Positions 17,821 to 26,778 of a stretch of 64,000 nucleotides of DNA are shown in pieces. The DNA is from Candidatus Wildermuthbacteria bacterium (GTDB lineage Bacteria > Patescibacteriota > Minisyncoccia > Minisyncoccales > UBA10102): assembly GCA_016203455.1 (NCBI GenBank), contig JACQMR010000009.1:6524-70523 (forward strand), read 5' to 3'. Position numbers and translations under genes: made by a program. Each line of letters starts with the position of its first letter. Position 1 is the first letter of the stretch. The notes under the pieces were generated by a model that was not told where the DNA came from, searched no databases, and saw nothing but the letters and a program-made list of their open reading frames with translations.

Positions 17821-19761
17821 TTATTCTGGCGCGGCAAGAGAGGTTTGTTTTTTAAAGAGGAGGGGAAGCGCTTCGGTCATAAATCTGTTCCAAATAGGGG
17901 CCGCCACCATGACGCCGGCTTGAGCCATGGGGGTGTTGTCGTTATTTCCAACCCACACCCCGGCCGAGAGATTTTCAGAATATCCGATAGTCCAGGCATC
18001 TTTGTATTCTTGGGTGGTGCCGGTTTTCACCGCGACATTGAACCCCGGGACGACAAGAGAAGAGTGGAGGCCAAACATGGGGGCGCGGGCGTCGTTATCA
18101 GAAAGAATGTCGGTTATGGCGCTTGCCACCTCGGGGGCCAACACTTGGATGGGAGTATTTTTGTTCTCTTCTAAAACCCGTCCTTTTTTGTCTATGACGC
18201 GCACAATAGAGAGGGGAGACGCTTTTTTGCCGCCCGCGGCAAAAACCCCATACGCCGAAACCATATCCAGGAGTTTGACCTCTCCTCCTCCCAAAACCAA
18301 AGAAGGGCCGTAATATGACGCATCGTTCAAGGTGGTGATGCCGAGTTCTTTTGCCATCTGGACGGCAGGTTCAATGCCGGAAAGCGAGAGCAGTACTTTA
18401 ATAGCCGGGATATTGAGAGATTGCGCGAGGGCGGATCGCAACGAAACGGGTCCGCGGAACAGGCCGTCGTAATTCTGCGGGATGTATTCTTTGCCTCCCC
18501 ATACTCCAAAGTTTGTTAGGGCATCTTCAACCACAAAAGAATCGGGGTACCCCTTTCCCAAAGCAACCGCATAGACAAAGGGCTTAAACGAAGACCCGGG
18601 CTGGCGCCCCGGAGAAAATGTGGCCACATTAACCTTTGGATCAAAAAGGCATGTCTTTCCCGGGGCGCACCGTTCCGGAAAGGGTTCTCCAAACCAATCT
18701 TTTGACCCCACAAGGGCCAGCACTTTCCCCGTGTGAGGGTCAAGCGCGACCAAGGCCTCGTTATTTGCATTAAACAAGGAGTTTCTTTCCGCGAAAGCCG
18801 CCACCGCTTCTTCGGCTTTTTGCTGGATGTTCCAATCCAGGGAAGTTATGACGGTAAGGCCGCGTTCTCTCAAAAAATCTTCCCCGTATTTTTCAGTAAG
18901 AGTTTCCAAAACATCAAAGACAAAATGCGGCGCCTTGATGGGCAACGCGGATTCTTGAAAATCAAACGAGGTTCGCAGGGCTTCCTGGAACTGCTCCTGG
19001 GAGATGAATTCAAGAGATGCCATAAGACCCAAAACGATATTTCTTCTTTTTAAGAGCGCGTCCAAATGCGCGCCGTACGGCGAATAGAATGTTGGCGCCT
19101 GAATCATGGCCGCGAGCGCGGCGGATTCCGCCAGGGAAAGTTCCCGAGGCGTTTTCTGAAAGTACAGTTCCGACGCCGCCCCGATGCCGTAGGCGTTTTG
19201 ACCCCAGGGGATTTGGTTTAAATAAAATTCAAGAATTTCGTCTTTTGCATATCGGCGCTCCAATTCCAATGTCAGGATGAGTTCCCGGACTTTTCTTCCC
19301 ACGGTTTTTTCCCTGGTGAGAAGAATAGATCTCACAAGTTGCTGGGAAATAGTGGAGCCCCCGATCGCGGGATTGTTGTTGAACGGAGCGACTATATTAT
19401 TGAGCACGGCCCGCGCCACCCCTTTCGCGTCCACTCCCATGTGGTTGTAAAACCGCTGGTCTTCAACAGCGAGAACCGCCTGCGAAAGAAACGGGGAGAT
19501 TTCAGAGAGCGGAGTGAATTGCCGTTTTTCTTCCCCGTGGATTTCATACAAAAGAACTGTTCCCGTGTTGTCGTAGATCTTTGTAGGATTGGCAAACGAA
19601 ACCTCCGAGAGTCGCTCCGGACGGGGCAGATCTTTGGCGTAATACAGGAATATTCCCGCAAATAACAAGACACACAAAGCAAAGCCCGCGCCCCCGAATT
19701 TCAAAATCTTTTTTATAATATCAAACCAGGCGTGGTTATTTTTTTGAGCGCGCGTTTTCAT
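17821..19761 (-). CDS. Class A penicillin-binding protein (PBP1A family)
   Basis: EDQRFYNH, GGSTISQQL, RKVRE, RQPGSSFKP, SLN, KTGT. Confidence 0.93.
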   Translation of the reverse strand: MKTRAQKNNHAWFDIIKKILKFGGAGFALCVLLFAGIFLYYAKDLPRPERLSEVSFANPTKIYDNTGTVLLYEIHGEEKRQFTPLSEISPFLSQAVLAVEDQRFYNHMGVDAKGVARAVLNNIVAPFNNNPAIGGSTISQQLVRSILLTREKTVGRKVRELILTLELERRYAKDEILEFYLNQIPWGQNAYGIGAASELYFQKTPRELSLAESAALAAMIQAPTFYSPYGAHLDALLKRRNIVLGLMASLEFISQEQFQEALRTSFDFQESALPIKAPHFVFDVLETLTEKYGEDFLRERGLTVITSLDWNIQQKAEEAVAAFAERNSLFNANNEALVALDPHTGKVLALVGSKDWFGEPFPERCAPGKTCLFDPKVNVATFSPGRQPGSSFKPFVYAVALGKGYPDSFVVEDALTNFGVWGGKEYIPQNYDGLFRGPVSLRSALAQSLNIPAIKVLLSLSGIEPAVQMAKELGITTLNDASYYGPSLVLGGGEVKLLDMVSAYGVFAAGGKKASPLSIVRVIDKKGRVLEENKNTPIQVLAPEVASAITDILSDNDARAPMFGLHSSLVVPGFNVAVKTGTTQEYKDAWTIGYSENLSAGVWVGNNDNTPMAQAGVMVAAPIWNRFMTEALPLLFKKQTSLAAPE

Positions 19762-19787
19762 AAATAGGCCATGCTTTATTTGCAACC

Positions 19788-19867
19788 TATAGGATTTAGG
19801 AATATGGCTTGTAGTTTATAAAACTAAGAGTTGGGGAAACTTGCAAACTACCAGCTACCAGCTAAAT
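19788..19867. repeat. Degenerate 7-nt periodic arrays in a divergent intergenic region
   Basis: TATAGGA TTTAGGA ATATGGC TTGTAGT ... ACTACCA GCTACCA GCTAAAT. Confidence 0.55.
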
Positions 19868-19934
19868 TCTTCCCCCCCAAAGTAGCATTCAAAAGGGGTT
19901 TCTGCAACCATATTTTTATGATACAGTACGGATT

Positions 19935-21104
19935 ATGAAAGGTATATCGGCATCCATAGACGAACTTCTTGGCAGGGGGGTGGCGGATGTTTTGCCCAAA
20001 AAAGCCCAACTCGCGGCCCTGCTCAAAAAAAAGAAAATCCGTCTCTATTTAGGCGTGGAGCCCACCGGGAAGAATCTTCATTTGGGGCACACGATCGCTT
20101 TGCGCAAACTTCAACAGTTCGCGGACCTTGGGCATGAGGCGATCCTGGTTGTGGGCACAGGCACCGTGCTGGCAGGGGATCCCTCCCAAAGAGAATCCGC
20201 CCGCCCCAAGATTACCAAAAAAGAGATTGAGGAAAATATAGAAACATGGAAAACGCAAGCGGGGAAAATCGTGGATTTTTCCAAAGTGAAGATACAATAT
20301 AATGGAGATTGGCTGTTGAAGCTCGGGCTGGCGGAGATATTGGAGATCGCTTCTCATATCAGCGCCGTGCAGTTGTTGCAGAGAGATATGTTTGCTCGCA
20401 GGATAGAACGGGGAGATACGGTGTGGACTCATGAGATGCTCTACCCCTTGTTGCAGGGATACGACTCGGTCGCCTTGGATGTGGACCTGGAAATAGGAGG
20501 GACGGATCAGACATTTAATATGCTTATAGGCAGGGATCTCCAGCGCAAAATGCGCGGCAGGGAAAAATTCGTGCTGACCGTGCCCATGATTTTGGGGCTG
20601 GACGGCAAGACCATGAGCAAAAGCTCGGGGAATACGGTTAACATAGCGGACTCTCCGCAAGATATGTATGGGAAGGCCATGTCTCTTAGGGACGAATTGA
20701 TCAAGGACTATTTTCTTTTATGCACCCAGGTTTCCATAGGCGAGATAGAATCAATGGACAAAGAACTCTCCCGGCGGGATTTTAAGGCGCGTCTTGCGAA
20801 AGAGCTTGTGCGGGTGTTTCACGGGGAGGAAGAGGCGCGAGACGCGGAGGATGAGTTCGCGCGCGTGTTCCAAAAACAGCAAACCCCGGCAGACATACCC
20901 GAGATTGCAGGGCTCGTCGGGCATTCATTGATTGACGCTTTGGTAAAGGCGGGTTTTGCGAGTTCAAAAGGGGAGGCGCGCCGTCTTGTCGCGCAGGGAG
21001 GCGTGAGTGTTGACGGCGCGATACAGCAAGATCCTTTGCGGGCGCTTCATGAAAAAGGTTTGGTTGTGCAGGTGGGAAAACGCCGGTTCCTAAAGACCAA
21101 GTAA
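19935..21104 (+). CDS. tyrS: Tyrosyl-tRNA synthetase
   Basis: HLGH, YPLLQGYD, GGTDQ, TMSKS, C-terminal S4 domain. Confidence 0.97.
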   Translation: MKGISASIDELLGRGVADVLPKKAQLAALLKKKKIRLYLGVEPTGKNLHLGHTIALRKLQQFADLGHEAILVVGTGTVLAGDPSQRESARPKITKKEIEENIETWKTQAGKIVDFSKVKIQYNGDWLLKLGLAEILEIASHISAVQLLQRDMFARRIERGDTVWTHEMLYPLLQGYDSVALDVDLEIGGTDQTFNMLIGRDLQRKMRGREKFVLTVPMILGLDGKTMSKSSGNTVNIADSPQDMYGKAMSLRDELIKDYFLLCTQVSIGEIESMDKELSRRDFKARLAKELVRVFHGEEEARDAEDEFARVFQKQQTPADIPEIAGLVGHSLIDALVKAGFASSKGEARRLVAQGGVSVDGAIQQDPLRALHEKGLVVQVGKRRFLKTK

Positions 21105-21110
21105 CGCAAT

Positions 21111-21150
21111 AAAACAAAAAGCTCCGAGTTGGTACGGAGCTTTTTGTTTT
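21111..21150. terminator. Bidirectional intrinsic terminator
   Basis: AAAACAAAAAGCTCCG-8 nt-CGGAGCTTTTTGTTTT. Confidence 0.85.
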
Positions 21151-21151
21151 C

Positions 21152-21304
21152 CTACATCTCTTCTTTTGTTTCTTCTCCTGCTTCTTCTGTTGTTCCCGCT
21201 TCTTCCGCGGGCGTTTCTGGGGTTTCCCCTTCCTCTCCGTCGAGCAAGGCGGAAGCCAATGTGGTATCTTCTGTGATCATGGTGCGTTTGAATTTAGGTT
21301 GCAT
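21152..21304 (-). CDS. Small acidic protein (50 aa; alternative start 21280)
   Basis: MQPKFKRTMITEDTTLASALLDGEEGETPETPAEEAGTTEEAGEETKEEM; stop abuts the terminator. Confidence 0.6.
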   Translation of the reverse strand: MQPKFKRTMITEDTTLASALLDGEEGETPETPAEEAGTTEEAGEETKEEM

Positions 21305-21360
21305 TGGTTTCACGACCTTTTACGAACATAGGGTCTATGATACTCGCTTGATACGGTATG

Positions 21361-21828
21361 TCAACCCCCAAAGCATCCCGCGATCGCCAACCCCAAAGCA
21401 TCCGCGGCATCATCTGGTTTGGGGAGTTCCTTGAGTTTAAGAGTTTCTTGAACCATGCGCTGGACCTGCGCTTTTTGAGCTTTTCCATATCCGGTAATTG
21501 CCATTTTTGCCTGAAGCGGAGTAAACTCTCTTATGGGGATGCCGTGTTTCGCGCAGGCCAGAAGAATGACTCCCCTCGCTTCGCTTACCGGAAACGCCGT
21601 TTTCGCGTTATTAAGAAAGAAAAGCCGTTCTACGGAAATCAGGCCGGGCGCGTGTTTTTTAATAACCAAAACAAGCTGTCGTTCAAGCATGAGAAGGCGG
21701 TCCTGGGAGGGCATTCCTTTTGGCGTTTCTATGACTCCGTATGCCACGCACGAAAGCCGGCGCCCCTCTTTTTTCACTACGCCGTATCCGGTGGTGGCGG
21801 TCCCGGGGTCAATGCCTAGAATAATCAT
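21361..21828 (-). CDS. ruvC: Holliday junction resolvase RuvC
   Basis: ILGIDPG, VERLFF, EARGV, DDAADAL. Confidence 0.97.
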   Translation of the reverse strand: MIILGIDPGTATTGYGVVKKEGRRLSCVAYGVIETPKGMPSQDRLLMLERQLVLVIKKHAPGLISVERLFFLNNAKTAFPVSEARGVILLACAKHGIPIREFTPLQAKMAITGYGKAQKAQVQRMVQETLKLKELPKPDDAADALGLAIAGCFGG

Positions 21829-21886
21829 TTTCTAGTTTTCAATTTCAAATTTAAAAACAATTTCTAATGATTAAATGTTCCAAATA
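21829..21886 (-). repeat. 7-nt periodic AT-rich array directly before the ruvC ATG
   Basis: Minus strand: ATTTGGAAC ATTTAATC ATTAGAA ATTG TTTTTAA ATTTGAA ATTGAAA ACTAGAA A ATG. Confidence 0.65.
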
Positions 21887-21900
21887 GGGGAGGGCGGAGC

Positions 21901-22072
21901 AAGCCGAGCGATGACCGCAAGTGCTACGCGTTCGGTTTATTGTTTTTACGCAACCACCTTGTTCCGCCCCCGGCGGGGCGGACGGGTTGCGCTTTCGGTC
22001 TGCCACCCCTTGTCCCGCGGGGACTTCGGGGACCATGCTGGCAGACCTCCGAGAACTCGCTTTAAAAACAAT
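21901..22072. other. Multi-hairpin intergenic element
   Basis: Stems AAGCCGAGCG/CGTTCGGTTT, ATTGTTTTTA/TAAAAACAAT, CGCAACC/GGTTGCG, TCCGCCCC/GGGGCGGA, GGTCTGCCA/TGGCAGACC. Confidence 0.65.
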
Positions 22073-22135
22073 GATACCTTGCGCGTCCCACTGGTTATCG
22101 TTGGGTTTTTTAGAACATTGTATTTTCTAATTTTC

Positions 22136-22858
22136 CTACTCCGCAAGATTTGAGTAGATTTCCTGGACCGCGTCGTTTTCATCAAGCGCCTCAAAGAACC
22201 GCTCGGCAGAGAGCCGATCTTCCGGGGACAGCCGTATTGTTTCTTTTGCGGTCCACGCGAGAGCAGACGCGTCAATTTCAACGCCGCGTTCCCGGAGTTT
22301 TGACCGCACGGATTCTGTTTCCCCCGGCGGGACCTGTAGTTCGCATAAACCATCTTCTTTCCACGCTATATCTTGAGCGCCAGCTTCAATCGCCAGGAGC
22401 TCCATGTCTTCTTTGGAGAGATTTCCCGGCTTTGCCTGGAGCGTTCCCACGCGGTCAAACATCCAGCGCACAGCTCCTTCCTGCGTGAGCTTGCCCCCGT
22501 TTTTTTCAAAAATCTGTTTTAATTCCCCGGAAGCGCGGTTTTTATTATCGGTGATTCCTTCAACCAGCGCGGCAAACCCTCCGGGGCCGTAGCCCTCAAA
22601 CAAAATTTGTTCCAAATTCCCCCCGGCTTCCTCCCCAGTTCCTTTCTTAATGGAACGGTCAATATTTGCCGTAGGCATGTTGCATGAGCGCGCCTTGTCT
22701 ATGGCCATGCGCAGGCGCGGGTTCGCGGCGGGGTCTTCTCCTCCTTCTTTCACCGCGATGACAATTTCGCTTGAGAGCTTTGAAAATACCTTGCTTCTCT
22801 GGGCGTCCGTGGCGTCTTTTTTATGTTTTATGGTTTTTGCGTGGCTGTGTCCGGACAT
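22136..22858 (-). CDS. yebC: YebC/PmpR family protein
   Basis: MSGHS, NPRLR, EGYGPGG, TDNKNR; next to ruvC. Confidence 0.96.
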   Translation of the reverse strand: MSGHSHAKTIKHKKDATDAQRSKVFSKLSSEIVIAVKEGGEDPAANPRLRMAIDKARSCNMPTANIDRSIKKGTGEEAGGNLEQILFEGYGPGGFAALVEGITDNKNRASGELKQIFEKNGGKLTQEGAVRWMFDRVGTLQAKPGNLSKEDMELLAIEAGAQDIAWKEDGLCELQVPPGETESVRSKLRERGVEIDASALAWTAKETIRLSPEDRLSAERFFEALDENDAVQEIYSNLAE

Positions 22859-22869
22859 ACTTTGGGGCG

Positions 22870-22925
22870 CTAATTTCTAATGACTAAAGTTCTAATTCCT
22901 AATCAATGCTCAATAACTCAATGCC
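22870..22925 (-). repeat. 7/8-nt periodic array upstream of yebC
   Basis: Minus strand: GGCATTGA GTTATTGA GCATTG ATTAGGA ATTAGAA CTTTAGTC ATTAGAA ATTAG. Confidence 0.75.
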
Positions 22926-22928
22926 GCA

Positions 22929-23196
22929 ATAAGGTAAGGCGAAGCGAGGGAAGCGGTTTTCCAGGAAACTCGCGGAGGCAGTTTTGCATGGGCCAGAACT
23001 CAACTACTTGAGTTCTGGCGGGAAACCTGCCTTATCATGCCATGTCCGCCTTTGGCGGACGGCATCCGAAAGGTTTCCCCGGGAACTATACTTCTCATCA
23101 AAGAACCCTTGCCGAGCGATGCCTGTTGTACTGGGGCGGAACAAGGTGGTTTCGCAAGAAAACAGGGCGCCGAGCATTATGATCAGCAGGTTCTTT
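22929..23196. other. Cluster of REP-like hairpins between ruvB and yebC
   Basis: GCCAGAACTCAA/TTGAGTTCTGGC, GTCCGCC-TTT-GGCGGAC, and AAAGAACC/GGTTCTTT closing a ~97-nt stem-loop. Confidence 0.65.
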
Positions 23197-24208
23197 ATAG
23201 CAAATCTCTTGTTTTTTGAGAAATGCCCAGATGTTTGTATGCGAGAGGGGTTGCAATTCTGCCCCGCGGCGTGCGTTCCAGCAGTCCGGTTTGCAGGAGG
23301 TACGGCTCGTACACATCTAAAATGGTGTCCTGCTCTTCGGCCACAAGGGCGGAAAGCGCTTGTATGCCAACTGGTCCGCCCCCGAATTTTTCTATAACGG
23401 CGCGCAGGATTTTTCTATCGTCGGGCTCCAGTCCCCAGTCGTCTATCTCCAAAAAAGAAAAGGTTTTCATCGCGGCTTCTTTCGTGATGACCGGGTGTTC
23501 TTCCATGGTTGCGAAGTCCCGCACGCGCTTTAAGATTCTGTTCGCGACCCGCGGGGTAAACCGCGATCTTTGGGCGATTGCGGAAACCGCCTCCGGGAGT
23601 ATTTGAACTCCGAGAATCGCGGACGATCTTCGCAATATTTCCTCCATGTTTTCTTGGTTATAAAAAGAAAGCTGGAAGACCGCTCCAAACCGGTTCCTAA
23701 ACGGAGCCGGAAGAACCGCGACCCTGGTTGTCGCGGCAATCAGCGTGAACTTTGGAAGAGAAATTTCCATGGTTCTTGCCATGGGCCCTTTGCCTATGAC
23801 AAGGTGCAGTTTGTAGTCCTCCATGGCGGAGTAGAGCGTTTCCATGGCCTGCCTTTGCAGGCGATGACACTCGTCTATAAACAAAACCTCTCCTTCCGCG
23901 AGGTTGGTAAGCAGAGAAGCGATGTCTCCCACACGCTCCAAAGAAGCGCCCGAACATGTCGTGATGGAAGATCCTATTTCCCGCGCGATAACATTGGCGA
24001 GAGAGGTCTTGCCGAGCCCCGAGTTGCCGTACAGCAAAAGGTGTTCCAGCGGGTCTTTTCGTTTTTTAGCGGCGCCGATAATAATCTGAAGGGTGTTTTT
24101 CACCTTTTCTTGGCCGATATATTCTTCCCATGTTCTTGGCCGCAGGGAAGTGTCCAACGAATCCTCTCCGCGCTCGGGTTTTTCTTGGCCCTTGACATTC
24201 ATTTCCAT
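23195..24208 (-). CDS. ruvB: Holliday junction helicase RuvB
   Basis: SLRP, YIGQ, GLGKTSLA, FIDECHRL, TPRVANR, EPYL, RTPRGR. Confidence 0.97.
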   Translation of the reverse strand: MEMNVKGQEKPERGEDSLDTSLRPRTWEEYIGQEKVKNTLQIIIGAAKKRKDPLEHLLLYGNSGLGKTSLANVIAREIGSSITTCSGASLERVGDIASLLTNLAEGEVLFIDECHRLQRQAMETLYSAMEDYKLHLVIGKGPMARTMEISLPKFTLIAATTRVAVLPAPFRNRFGAVFQLSFYNQENMEEILRRSSAILGVQILPEAVSAIAQRSRFTPRVANRILKRVRDFATMEEHPVITKEAAMKTFSFLEIDDWGLEPDDRKILRAVIEKFGGGPVGIQALSALVAEEQDTILDVYEPYLLQTGLLERTPRGRIATPLAYKHLGISQKTRDLL

Positions 24209-24230
24209 ATATAGTATACTTTTTCACTAG

Positions 24231-24359
24231 AACGCCTATTTTGCTGGGGACCTGGAGTTATCTGTTCTGGAGGGTGATACGGGTAATGCTGAATCATTCC
24301 CCGGGGTAATTCCACATTTGTGTTCCGAAAACCAAATGGTCCCCAGCAAAGGAGGCGTT
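24231..24359. other. ~130-bp element closed by inverted repeats (ncRNA or MITE-like)
   Basis: TTTGCTGGGGACC (24240-24252) / GGTCCCCAGCAAA (24338-24350), extended by AACGCCT/AGGCGTT. Confidence 0.6.
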
Positions 24360-24365
24360 TTGTTG

Positions 24366-25655
24366 TTATTCCGCGGCTACCCGCAAGATCTCTTCCATTG
24401 TGGTGGCGCCGTCCAGCATCTTGAGGAGCCCGTCCTGGAGAACCGTGACGAGGCCGTGTTGTTTGGCGTAGTCGCGCAGTTCAGCTATGGACGGGTTTTT
24501 TGAGATGAATATGCGCAGGGGGTCGTCAATGACCAGGGCTTCGTACAGCCCGATTCTTCCTCTATACCCCGTGTGTCCGCATTTTTCGCATCCTTTTGCT
24601 CGGACAACGGCCGTTGCCGGGGATAAAGGTTTTTTCAAATGATCTGGAATGTGCTCCAGCTCCCGTTGTATGAACTCGTATTCTTTTTCCGTGAGGGGTT
24701 CCGCGCGCTCGCATGTTTCGCACACCTGGCGGACAAGCCGCTGGGCTATGACCAGATTAATGGCGGCCGCGATACTCTGCGCGTTTCCTCCCAACGACAG
24801 CAGGCGCGCTATTGTTCCGGCGGAGTCGTTTGTGTGAAGCGTGGAGAATACCAAATGTCCGGTGAGGGCCGCTTGTATGGCAATATCCGCGGTTTCCGGG
24901 TCACGGATTTCTCCCACCAAGATGACATCCGGGTCTTGGCGCACAATGGCCCGCAATCCGGAAGCAAAGGTATATTCTTTGCCCTGAACCTGCGTCTGGG
25001 AAACTCCTTCCAGATGGTACTCAATGGGATCTTCAATGGTGATAATTTTAATTTCGGAGTTTTTTACTTCCTGCAAAAACGCGTACAGCGTTGTCGTTTT
25101 TCCGGACCCCGTGGGGCCGGTAACCAAAATCATGCCGTTGGGCCTCCGGATTTCCCTTGCGAAGATTTCAACGAGATCCGGGCGGAGCGCGAGGTCTTTG
25201 AAGGCGCGCAGATTCTTTGGATTCAAAAGGCGGATAACCAAAGATTCCCCGAATTGGGACGGGAGCGAGGATACCCTGGTTTCCAGAGGCAGGCCTTCTC
25301 CGGTTTCAAGGGTGAATCTGCCGTCTTGAGGCCTGTCCTGGACATTGAGTTTGATTCTGGAAACAAGTTTTACGCGAGAGAGAAGCCCCTCATACTCTTT
25401 TGGCTCCAGGACTGCCGTGTCTTGAAGGATGCCGTCAACCCTTAAACGGATTTTTACCCCGTTTTCTTCGGTTTCAAAGTGTATGTCAGACGCGTTAAAG
25501 GCGATCGCGGCTCTTAAGATTGCCAAAAAAAGTTCGGTGGCGTCTTTGGCCTGGGATTCTTGTATCGCGGCGCCCGCGTCAGCGAGCGACGCGTATGTCT
25601 TTCGCCCGTCTTTGCCGAGCTGTACTTCCCCCGTGAGTTTTACGCGAGCATCCAT
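24366..25655 (-). CDS. GspE/PilB-family ATPase
   Basis: ASDIH, PQDGR, GPTGSGKTTT, TIEDPIEY, RQDPDVILVGEIRD, CxxC pairs; start taken at MDARV. Confidence 0.93.
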   Translation of the reverse strand: MDARVKLTGEVQLGKDGRKTYASLADAGAAIQESQAKDATELFLAILRAAIAFNASDIHFETEENGVKIRLRVDGILQDTAVLEPKEYEGLLSRVKLVSRIKLNVQDRPQDGRFTLETGEGLPLETRVSSLPSQFGESLVIRLLNPKNLRAFKDLALRPDLVEIFAREIRRPNGMILVTGPTGSGKTTTLYAFLQEVKNSEIKIITIEDPIEYHLEGVSQTQVQGKEYTFASGLRAIVRQDPDVILVGEIRDPETADIAIQAALTGHLVFSTLHTNDSAGTIARLLSLGGNAQSIAAAINLVIAQRLVRQVCETCERAEPLTEKEYEFIQRELEHIPDHLKKPLSPATAVVRAKGCEKCGHTGYRGRIGLYEALVIDDPLRIFISKNPSIAELRDYAKQHGLVTVLQDGLLKMLDGATTMEEILRVAAE

Positions 25656-25660
25656 GGCAA

Positions 25661-26197
25661 TTACAGCGATTCTTCCATAAGTTTTTTTGCGGCGGCGATG
25701 GGTCCTGACGAGGAACCCAACGCCCAGTTTCCTTTGCGAGATCCCGGGCATATGGACGCCACCGCATTGAGCACGCGTTCTTTTTCGCTCCACGCGAGGC
25801 ATTGCGTATCCTTGCGTTCTTTGGTTTCAAAGAGTATGACAAAAGAGGAGTTTTGGCTGGCGCAGTCGCGCAGTTCTTCAAGCGCGGTTCGCACGGATTT
25901 CGGGCTTGCCTGGCAGGAGGCGAAATCTTCAGGCCGCAAAAACGCGATATATAAATCGGAAGACGGCCAGTATTCTATGGTGGAGAGGAGTTTTTTTGAG
26001 AGAGGTCCCAGGGGCGCGAGCCGTTTGCAGGTTATGGACGCGTCGTCCACGAGAACGCGCACCGGCATATTTTTTTGGATGGTGATATAGAGCGTAACAT
26101 CCTGTTCTTTTTTTTCATAACGAACTTCAGACACAAGCGGGGCTATTCCTTTCAGCGTCAGGGAAAATGTCTTTTTTTCAGTAGCCACCATACTCAT
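25661..26197 (-). CDS. Hypothetical protein, possibly a DHH-like fragment
   Basis: Fills the gap, co-oriented with the ATPase; no catalytic motif seen. Confidence 0.55.
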   Translation of the reverse strand: MSMVATEKKTFSLTLKGIAPLVSEVRYEKKEQDVTLYITIQKNMPVRVLVDDASITCKRLAPLGPLSKKLLSTIEYWPSSDLYIAFLRPEDFASCQASPKSVRTALEELRDCASQNSSFVILFETKERKDTQCLAWSEKERVLNAVASICPGSRKGNWALGSSSGPIAAAKKLMEESL

Positions 26198-26213
26198 TTC
26201 GTAGCGTTTTTAC

Positions 26214-26744
26214 ATGGGAAAGTCAATTTCTTCTCATTCAATAACTCATACAAAACGGATCGCGCAAAAGATCGCGGAGCGTTGCGCGGCACAAAAGCCC
26301 GGAAAGCGCGCCATGGTTATCGCGCTGGAGGGGGATCTGGGGGCGGGGAAGACCGCGTTCGCCCAGGGATTCGCCAAAGGCCTGGGCATTGCGGAAAAAG
26401 TGTTAAGCCCCACCTTTGTCATCATAAAATCCTACAAAATCCCCCTCTACGCTGGTCAGGGCAAGCACGCTACCCTTCCACGCTGGTCAGGGCAAGCAGG
26501 ATACAAACTTCTTTACCATTTGGATTGTTATCGTCTAAAATCCGGGGAAGACCTGGTTTCTTTGGGCTGGCAAGAGATTCTCAATAATCCCCAAGCAATT
26601 ATTATGCTTGAATGGGCGGATCGCGTAAAAAGCGTTTTGCCTCCTCGCGCGTATTGGGCCAGATTTTCTCATTCGCGTGAAGAAAGGAACGCGCGAACGC
26701 TTGCTTTGCGTTTTCCCGCCGTGTTTTTGAGAGATATATCCTAG
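26214..26744 (+). CDS. tsaE: tRNA t6A biosynthesis ATPase TsaE with a ~20-aa repeat-derived insert
   Basis: GDLGAGKT, SPTF, YHLDCYRL, EWA. Confidence 0.95.
   Translation: MGKSISSHSITHTKRIAQKIAERCAAQKPGKRAMVIALEGDLGAGKTAFAQGFAKGLGIAEKVLSPTFVIIKSYKIPLYAGQGKHATLPRWSGQAGYKLLYHLDCYRLKSGEDLVSLGWQEILNNPQAIIMLEWADRVKSVLPPRAYWARFSHSREERNARTLALRFPAVFLRDIS
26443..26498 (+). repeat. Direct repeat inside tsaE
   Basis: ACGCTGGTCAGGGCAAGCA at 26449-26467 and 26480-26498. Confidence 0.88.
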
Positions 26745-26778
26745 ATACGAATGCAAAAAAGTGCGGTAAGATACACGC

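Noticed and set aside
23099..23196. SRP or RNase P RNA
   Set aside because: The size fits SRP RNA, but the SRP domain IV motif and the RNase P GAGGAAAGTCC motif are absent on both strands.
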